DNA of 64,000 bases from Candidatus Omnitrophota bacterium. GTDB lineage: Bacteria > Omnitrophota > Omnitrophia > Omnitrophales > Aquincolibacteriaceae. This document shows positions 60,701 through 64,000 of the stretch, one piece after another (positions within the stretch are counted from its first letter, which is position 1; each line of letters begins with the position of its first letter). The stretch is taken from assembly GCA_030698625.1 (NCBI GenBank), contig JAUYMS010000042.1, forward strand, positions 28,150 to 92,149. The letters run 5' to 3'. A program made the position numbers and the translations under genes. The notes below the pieces were generated by a model. That model was not told where the DNA came from and ran no database searches. It worked only from the letters and a program-made list of their open reading frames with translations.

Positions 60701-63700
60701 GTAGCGCAGCCACGCCGACTGTTTGCCCTCGGCCGCCCCGCCTTCAGGCACCGTCACAAAAAGGACTCCGTCATCTTTGATCAAGTCGCGAAGGGCCCCA
60801 TACCGGACCGAAAATGCGGTCGTCCCGTTCCTCTCATCTCCCGGCATCATCCCGCCCTCCCGCACCGCTTCTCCGTCAAAATACACAAAGTCATATTGTT
60901 CACTTTCTTCAAGCACCATATTGGAACGGCCCAGGAGTTCGTCATAGAGCGCTTCTCCCATCCGAGACTCCCCTTCGGAATCGAGACGTGTGATCTCATC
61001 CATCTCGGCACCCCGAGCTTTAAGTGCCGCCTGAAGCTGATCGGCACCTTTGACCGAACCGATTTCAAGACCGCGCTTTCCTTTGAGGTCGTCGCCATAA
61101 TAAGCGTCAAACGCTAAGTAGAAATTGAGAAGTTCCGGTCTTTTTACCGTCGCCATCCCCTTCCCCATTTTTTCTGTCCGGAGCCTCAGGACATCCGTAT
61201 TCTTTGCCTCCGTCCTGAGTTCAGAGCGCTGGGAAAAGGAGGCTTGGAAGTGGTCTGCCGCTTCGCGCGCAACCCGAAGCACGGCCTCAGGCGCCGGGTG
61301 ATGGCCTTCCCCTTCGAGCATAACCAGCGGCGACCCCGTCTCACTTGCGAATTGCGTCATGAGGTCGCGGTCGGTCTGATGTGTAATCCAATCTTTGTCG
61401 CCAAAAAACAGGAGTGTGGGGTGTTCTTTTGCTTTCAGCCGGCTGAAGTCGTCGATGGAAAAACCGTACTTGTTCAACTCAACCATGAGCCGAAGATGCC
61501 GTCTTAAGCGGCCGCTAATATCAGCGCCCCCGGGTTCCATCCCAAGCACATTCCCGGCATAGGCATCCATATGCCAGATATTCCGCGAAGAAGTAAAGGT
61601 GGCTCGGGCAGGAGCATTGATCGTCGCTGTTGCCCGCACATTTTTCGCCACGAAGTCTGAATTCGCCAGAGCGCGCAATGCCGCATAACCCCCAAAGCTG
61701 TATCCGAACATCGCAATATTTTGGGCTTCGATCTCCGGACGCCCCTGCAGAAAACCAATGGCGGCTTCCACGAAGCGCACCAGGTGCTCGGGGCCCTCGA
61801 GCGGCGTGTCGTGATCGCCGTGTCCGGGAAAACTCAGTCTAAACACCGCAAAGCCGCGATCTATCATTTCCATTTCGATCGGGTCTAACTCCGCCTGCTC
61901 ATGGGTATGCGTTAAACCATGGAGCAGGATCACAACGGGAACCTTTTGCCCCGGATCTCGATGCGGAGGGAGAAAGAGATAACCGGGATAACTCGGGTGG
62001 GTAATCTCTTCGATCTCAGGCGGCACTCGGCCTGCCTCTTCATATTCGGCCACGCGGCCCTTTTTATAGATCCCGCGATGGGCGCCCTCGACTTCGTGAC
62101 TCCGCCCAATTTTCTGCGTCGTGTAACTCTGTGCGTTATAGAGAAGCCTTCGCTGCTGGGCGATGTCGCCTGCCTCATGCGCCAACCGAGCCTCGTCGAG
62201 CAGGATTTCCCGCAAGGCCGGAATCCATTGTGTGAAAAAAGCAAGCCGTGCGGTCCGTTCGATGATACGCTCAGTGGTCTCCTCACCGATTCGCGAAGCA
62301 ATCATCGCGGCACGGACCTCCCCCTTATTAGTGAGAAACCACTTCCTCCACTGATACCAAGGGTTGAAACGAGTGCCGGGCGGAAGCTCAGAGCGCTCGG
62401 CTCGCAATTCGGAGCGTTCCTTTTTCGGATCCCACCGGAACTTCCATTTCTGATCCAGTCGAATATCGGGAAAGTCCTCAAGAACTGTTCCCTGCAAATC
62501 ATCATATTGCCAAAGTCCGTCACGAACTTTTTGCAGGCCCATATTTTCAAATTCACGGGGAATGCGTGTCTCAGCGGGTACATGGAGCTCGAGCACTTCG
62601 GCCCCGTTGGCTTTGGCCAGCCGCATCGCAAGGATCAGGAATGTGCGCGTAAGTCCGATATACCTGTCCTCACCGCGAGCTGTCAGGTCAACATCGTTGG
62701 TCGATACCGCTGCCTTTTCCCCGCGAAGCTCCAGGCTCAAGGAGCCCACCGACACTTCCGCGTCGCTCTTAGACGTTCTCGCATTGCCCTCGATGCGGAC
62801 AGAGACGTGATTTTCGGCACGAGTCCTTTCCCAGCGAAAATAGATATTTCTAAAGGAGTTCGACAAAGGCAGCCTAAAGCGGCCGAGTCGCGGGGATTCG
62901 TTGCCGCGCATGACCGTATCAAAAGTCGTGGTCTCGCGCGAGGCCGCCAGGGCCCTTTTACGAAGATAGTTCTCGCTAATCTCCACAACCGCTCTTCGAA
63001 TGTCATGAATGCGCTGTTCTTTCGGTTGGCCTTCGTACAGGGATGCGTACACGTGCAAGGTGTAAAGAATGTTGGGGATTGCCGTTTGTGTCCATGCCGG
63101 CAGCCAGTCCTGCCAGAATTCCTCCAACTGACTCTGCAGCGCGGCAGGGGGAGTCGGAACCACGCGTTTCGGAAAACCTTTGGCCGACATCAAGCGTTTG
63201 AACTCAACAAAGAACTCCTCAATCAGACCCGCTCGCAGTAGAAGATAGACAATTTCCTCCTGAATCCTGTACGGAAGGATCATACTCCCGGAATCGGTTC
63301 GCTGTGCGTGGTGCAGCATACGGCGTGCCCTGCGGTAAAAGTGCTCGGCCTTTTTGGAGTGCCCCATACTGTCATAGGCCACGCCCCAGACCTCGAGTTT
63401 GTGAGCCGCATTCCCGAAATTCTCACGGGTCAAAAGATCCGCATGGTTCGCGTAGTCTTCCGCGCCACGCCGAACCTTCTGTATGGCGGCTTCCAACCCG
63501 TCAGCATAAGCCACAATGCCCGGTTCCTCAGCCAACACCCGCCGGGCATCCTCTTCAGCCGTAACCTGATCTTCTATGACCAGAGGGCTAAGAACCGCGT
63601 CTATCTGCTTATCCGTAATCCCCTCAAAGAGAACACTCTTGTCTTTGAAATCCTCCTTGGCTACCTCGGCACGGATGCGGTCGTGACGGACCTGTGCCGT

Positions 63701-64000
63701 ATAACCTTCCTCATGCAGGTCGTGAAAGAGGTCAATGACATATTGCGCCCGGTTCAGGTAAAGCGCCACGATAACCTGGTGGAGCTCATTGTCGGGCTCA
63801 AGATAGTCGAGCAGCTTTTTGGAGATATAGATTGCCCGGCGTCTGAGTGACAAACGGCTGGGTTCGGCAAATTTGGTTTCGAGATCGGAAAAATAGAAAT
63901 AGGTGTGCATGTCCTTACCGATGACCGTCGTCGTGCTCTCAAATGTCTCAATCCGCGCCTGCATCTGGCGATCACCGGCCGCCCGGGCGATCTGCTTCCA
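51761..64000 (-). CDS. giant multidomain protein C (at least 4079 codons; N-terminus outside window): TPR-like regions, alpha/beta-hydrolase, methyltransferase-like repeats, RNase III-like signature, APH-like kinase, RmlD-like reductase
   Basis: Track ORF 51761..63964 (4067 aa). The frame upstream of the listed ATG stays open to nt 64000 (WKQIARAAGDRQ-M...), so the listed start is internal. Seven in-frame RSELR copies at 52697-52711, 53594-53608, 55391-55405, 58028-58042, 61214-61228 and a tandem pair at 62384-62416. Confidence 0.85.
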   Translation of the reverse strand, partial: WKQIARAAGDRQMQARIETFESTTTVIGKDMHTYFYFSDLETKFAEPSRLSLRRRAIYISKKLLDYLEPDNELHQVIVALYLNRAQYVIDLFHDLHEEGYTAQVRHDRIRAEVAKEDFKDKSVLFEGITDKQIDAVLSPLVIEDQVTAEEDARRVLAEEPGIVAYADGLEAAIQKVRRGAEDYANHADLLTRENFGNAAHKLEVWGVAYDSMGHSKKAEHFYRRARRMLHHAQRTDSGSMILPYRIQEEIVYLLLRAGLIEEFFVEFKRLMSAKGFPKRVVPTPPAALQSQLEEFWQDWLPAWTQTAIPNILYTLHVYASLYEGQPKEQRIHDIRRAVVEISENYLRKRALAASRETTTFDTVMRGNESPRLGRFRLPLSNSFRNIYFRWERTRAENHVSVRIEGNARTSKSDAEVSVGSLSLELRGEKAAVSTNDVDLTARGEDRYIGLTRTFLILAMRLAKANGAEVLELHVPAETRIPREFENMGLQKVRDGLWQYDDLQGTVLEDFPDIRLDQKWKFRWDPKKERSELRAERSELPPGTRFNPWYQWRKWFLTNKGEVRAAMIASRIGEETTERIIERTARLAFFTQWIPALREILLDEARLAHEAGDIAQQRRLLYNAQSYTTQKIGRSHEVEGAHRGIYKKGRVAEYEEAGRVPPEIEEITHPSYPGYLFLPPHRDPGQKVPVVILLHGLTHTHEQAELDPIEMEMIDRGFAVFRLSFPGHGDHDTPLEGPEHLVRFVEAAIGFLQGRPEIEAQNIAMFGYSFGGYAALRALANSDFVAKNVRATATINAPARATFTSSRNIWHMDAYAGNVLGMEPGGADISGRLRRHLRLMVELNKYGFSIDDFSRLKAKEHPTLLFFGDKDWITHQTDRDLMTQFASETGSPLVMLEGEGHHPAPEAVLRVAREAADHFQASFSQRSELRTEAKNTDVLRLRTEKMGKGMATVKRPELLNFYLAFDAYYGDDLKGKRGLEIGSVKGADQLQAALKARGAEMDEITRLDSEGESRMGEALYDELLGRSNMVLEESEQYDFVYFDGEAVREGGMMPGDERNGTTAFSVRYGALRDLIKDDGVLFVTVPEGGAAEGKQSAWLRYMGFEQIKVIGNLPGQLLLAFRKGTPSDSEMTQDFLKHVINHRMQAKLKSAREANLRPGHELLHIAVREYFPGGVEGKKAVHVGDREESAALNLDFRKRGMTIDSIPAVDPLGSSYNPFALADALLEYKDELDLIYMDGMEVKRSGLMLGVQQNRVASFSTFYATAHNALREGGVLITDIPVREIDDNKQFAWLNYMGFEKIRTATDRRRRRAYVYRKGPRGTTDPTKRDFARVDGAYAQHIASESDEQRAAWEKGAAALMRVSTEGKLAKQAGFFYFLGNFVYKHALIQYAMGRYPGIHEKSLHDFINAADPSVRELWLGHHKLYNSFTELAKGAGDFDPNAFYATRDTRKYLMFLMIGALYTEGHESAIKALLHPSFDGLDYEPEGTSMEPIFEPHTGPPMRRRQLLAVGTLLDAHPKARAKLGEILFEGNRLSPDQLMAITTASKGQREYATSATPHKFPFIIDERYATWGDSILDMVVLSLLVDMWRADDVPDEWKQYDVFRHLHGIIASNRLLASVMMAALADVHSQLVTEGEDYHSTLFEALVAHVYKAAGGENGAGLEQTKKFVVHMLNRHLGNGRDERVVKRFLRQYMLSTKQEDAAPAGPDPAEHRYLLGPTTEGGKAGLNIERADEWFQTAVDVSTAIDVSYELQHDPRQRLKILRKAMGHLGKAEKFALKSAEAPKKGKKRTRARKALDDITEQTGIGINKPGEPEQRSKYAGVMAKILSAQGTNYLRQANVEVELGNLRKAEDLYERAIKKQEAALTYTADDRIATAQKTSAHAALGNAYRLGGDAAAEVLDWWDAHRYYRLAILQHEQARELDPENPVHARESKATRARLGWSFLFEAIQLYYSDDVPVDVLVERLLDTEAADDFLRSFEDEKDRSELRATASADNVHDITIDRDVVEQWVGRFRWHVAEQKGQTKIVHPYPFSIGTLAEFALGLDKLLDFPVMKRLGGRIFMSGLNVDTQNPNPSERLVRGSFAGIPQVLKEARLLRVKSKKFARYDGQGNFDLAADMVIPFVGAIHREDGTELTEEEMASVGLEWVRDSENAYVHLPLLQTAVKPTRQGTVLMPKNKIKMIVNDGKMKILATAQDYEAFIGEEMGQAADAALAEIKEQTRSGVAGVSKTEFGDRLIPGLEMYDEVYRALYMIALFNFARQLGHKLAFEVIALQYKGIGGKYTMHTAPLADVIAGTAAPQLVLADAGHEQVDGTGVSVVQDPRLEGKSGVFLTSYQHSNVAIGGSSLEEEAAVRHDKLLLENGAYLSAITIAAEEILSREDLSRLGVSEKLEPLYASVRVIVDDTRSLSDIMVGGMQNYLVDEIDPDLDKARDNYLSDLSEMLALNIAAVLKSHLTIKYVDMATHVKSGFTRNVSPAGLLKDTGDLVPITIPQDALILIRSLFTGLFVVAEATGLKREDYRKGPHFKTVIETLIKSLGGSEAQIAAALDKAEGLRQELVATESGYKTKRLLSALMRTAFDQWADVQGISTRETEWIFQGKLELVDDMLDIAEPRFGLLFKGRPEIAGLEVNNLADVHKPSEGFTRVLSNGDFGDIAALFGRKGQDIGFITENIGILRTQLGGDDLRYVAGSAVRGIQADDFVTLIHTILVPDVSDISAEELPAYKKISRAVILDHIAMFIAMFLESRAGQAGDEAARALLEEWYGRIALSEPEMQRLHGLFSRSAAALRHVADNEFAIAQDFSPKFALFVDPDSVYNEMAVEFTDSDRDFFGRLFGYLGRRYDEDGHAFVLPRKAAAIAGTDRSELREVEVTDETLFAALNSGDQQKFKALTRQAERDGFRWALIPAEDSPEKWQKAAGDTKVWNYEEHEKLFHYLTAEIHFASKQVVREAQQVVDASIVAAATGGGGLVFMREVASDKKAEVEVVSVPVRRNVVPEIYFMMGDYYPLGSRFGRTSRYGIPNIARIAGLGVRSERLHGGSYSTVERKFYPDGRVLIEKRANTAKDKGKLRREAEFIRRLQSEGDKRGEWFPKLLRIHDDGEDTVVEMEDIPWPNLTRVIEHSVLSPELSLANRTPFEMAVDIYRNLLPDLYLKKVADTPEDFVDQKHFEKLDERWAEAARDSEVARRLLAAPYLEIRKRKVNRYNGMTSPLQKQYRPNLPTTKRVLELLSSLHPMRFVPPYLSEQMGDLHFGNILIDRFHYAITGEISRMKFVDPKWMAEGNDPLYDFAKLLHNQEGRYDLALNHSHAYHFEIELPGTEGGAAVLSEYHDLSDANTANMLSNIKEFSAAFRVFMRDDTVKDELFPFEVNGFWKDRLLFTHATLLAGLLPYHVVGDEREWKMSVIYEQAVQAVYEVVHRFFEMGILDSTPELRDIWSKIETTRFDETSFSQAIEELETYLADRSELRTKRVAVIGASSFVGSEIDKAARKVYANVSGTAYSRVGDVFAALDVKDEAAVRRFIAEFRPDVIVYAAGEPTAEGAEADRAKAYALNVTAVETVRRYFDGPLIYLSSNYVFEGGNAPYGADAEPRPLNYYGETKAAGEKLVLEHPKGAVVRLGIGYGEAAIQKNFIKQVVDFLDSDDESASLVLDNEQVRHPTSVRDVASLTLDIIQGNKTGIHQINGAESLTKYEWARLIAEVYYEIYPNRAKETDKIGMAQVKADSPGIGKPRNAHMINSRVPTPLVDAVRAIIPKLSVHDTDRSELRAEGPRRSPVVTVSPEALITLKKFREFLMSRLLVQTLGPEGARDLLSQVLGKKVFAVTAGIFPERVESAIEKAGGKYMAAVNYPERVQADHPGLAESGTGRVILDPDWMQALLDSPRALYVFLEALDEFHAQSQSSEPFVAVMANPALYAEIRRRLTNRNAEIGLGMVKTMALRRSGGLLSRLDKLIEVVSYEGSVAEAMNSYIKAHDYAVAAFLADDVQYLSDIIGSANFVLNPDEVHETDRQAAALMIPEILKAAELIRGVSDPIKQREILIRQLPMILPGVSSSRGAFIINLAEYVEELRSQKAVEIYA
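52950..53590 (-). other. RmlD-like (dTDP-4-dehydrorhamnose reductase / extended SDR) NAD(P)-binding domain within protein C
   Basis: KRVAVIGASSFVGSE glycine-rich loop ... PLIYLSSNYVFEGGNAPYGADAEPRPLNYYGETKAAGE (YxxxK catalytic dyad); the domain begins 3 residues after an RSELR. Confidence 0.6.
53950..55380 (-). other. APH/choline-kinase-like phosphotransferase domain within protein C (paralog of the protein B domain)
   Basis: HGGSYSTV ... EQMGDLHFGNIL ... GNDPLYDFAKL; catalytic-loop codons at about 54231-54262. Confidence 0.6.
58990..59300 (-). other. RNase III-like signature region within protein C
   Basis: ERYATWGDSILDMVVLSLL (compare ERLEFLGDSIL), SNRLLASV (compare NTLAELA), and STLFEALVAHVY (compare DTVEALIGGVF). 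The D-to-E spacing of 71 residues matches RNase III D45-E117. The position equivalent to D114 is Thr. Confidence 0.35.
61250..61960 (-). other. alpha/beta-hydrolase fold domain within protein C
   Basis: VVILLHGLTHTHEQ ... GYSFGG nucleophile elbow (DNA 61691-61711) ... later acid and His (GEGHHP). Confidence 0.7.
62384..62416 (-). repeat. tandem RSELR-A-ERSEL peptide motif (two adjacent copies of the linker motif) in protein C
   Basis: KERSELRAERSELPPG encoded by CGC TCC GAA TTG CGA GCC GAG CGC TCT GAG CTT; the two copies use different codons. Confidence 0.7.

Noticed and set aside
602-62416. Plus-strand 14-nt element CGCAG(C/T)TC(C/G)GAGCG recurring more than 20 times, considered as a REP/MITE-like DNA repeat or CRISPR-like array
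   Set aside because: Spacing is irregular (0.5-4 kb), there are no flanking spacer or repeat structures, every copy is in the coding frame of a giant minus-strand gene, and the copies differ at synonymous positions while always encoding R-S-E-L-R. It is a peptide motif, not a DNA repeat.
53024-63241. Plus-strand ORFs inside gene C (53024..53599, 54005..54895, 60578..61117, 61919..63241)
   Set aside because: They are antisense shadow ORFs within the continuous gene C frame. None shows a recognisable motif.
63962-63964. ATG at 63964 as the true start of gene C
   Set aside because: The frame upstream stays open to the window edge (W K Q I A R A A G D R Q before M), and there is no signal peptide or RBS context. 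The real start is outside the window.

Overview
This is a high-GC bacterial chromosomal window whose most striking feature is three paralogous giant minus-strand genes punctuated by a recurring in-frame 'RSELR' pentapeptide.

Giant gene A (1..20074) is absent from the supplied ORF track because its reading frame never closes inside the window; it holds at least 6691 codons and its C-terminus lies beyond position 1. Gene B (37859..45337) is 2492 aa. Gene C (51761 onward) has 4067 aa listed, but its frame is still open at nt 64000, so its N-terminus is outside the window.

All three are mosaics of normally free-standing enzyme folds:
- A: PRTase-like, PfkB sugar kinase, HAD phosphatase, GNAT and HEAT repeats, with an internal TM-like segment.
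- B: Tiki/TraB-like N-domain, APH-like kinase, CBM-like module, GT5 glycogen-synthase-like domain.
- C: alpha/beta-hydrolase, methyltransferase-like repeats, RNase III-like signature, APH-like kinase, RmlD-like reductase.

All three are punctuated by the pentapeptide 'RSELR', usually as (D/G)RSELR(A/T), occurring at least 21 times in frame. The codons differ between copies, so this is a protein-level linker or processing motif rather than a DNA repeat. A and B share a signal peptide ending TTVAWSAP.

Gene C is translationally coupled to a small zinc-ribbon membrane protein and an M48 lipoprotein metallopeptidase, followed by metF, a stand-alone MshEN-domain protein and a DUF2203 protein.

Other content:
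- Three tRNAs: Ala-GGC, Glu-TTC and Lys-TTT. Two flank gene B and one sits upstream of gene A.
- The rpsB-tsf-pyrH-frr cluster, with an rpsB that carries a long Ala/Glu-rich tail.
- A gabT/ALDH/surE/ydjC/acpS/HTH gene string.
- A bactofilin fused to an HTH.
- A transglutaminase-like protein with an ABC exporter operon.
- A GT-C membrane protein, a spermidine-synthase-like protein, a Pif1-like helicase and a nucleotidyltransferase.
- A lower-GC scar next to tRNA-Glu with a truncated large serine recombinase abutting a truncated rhodanese, plus a frameshifted nitrobindin-like gene.

No CRISPR, rRNA or intact phage or transposon was seen.
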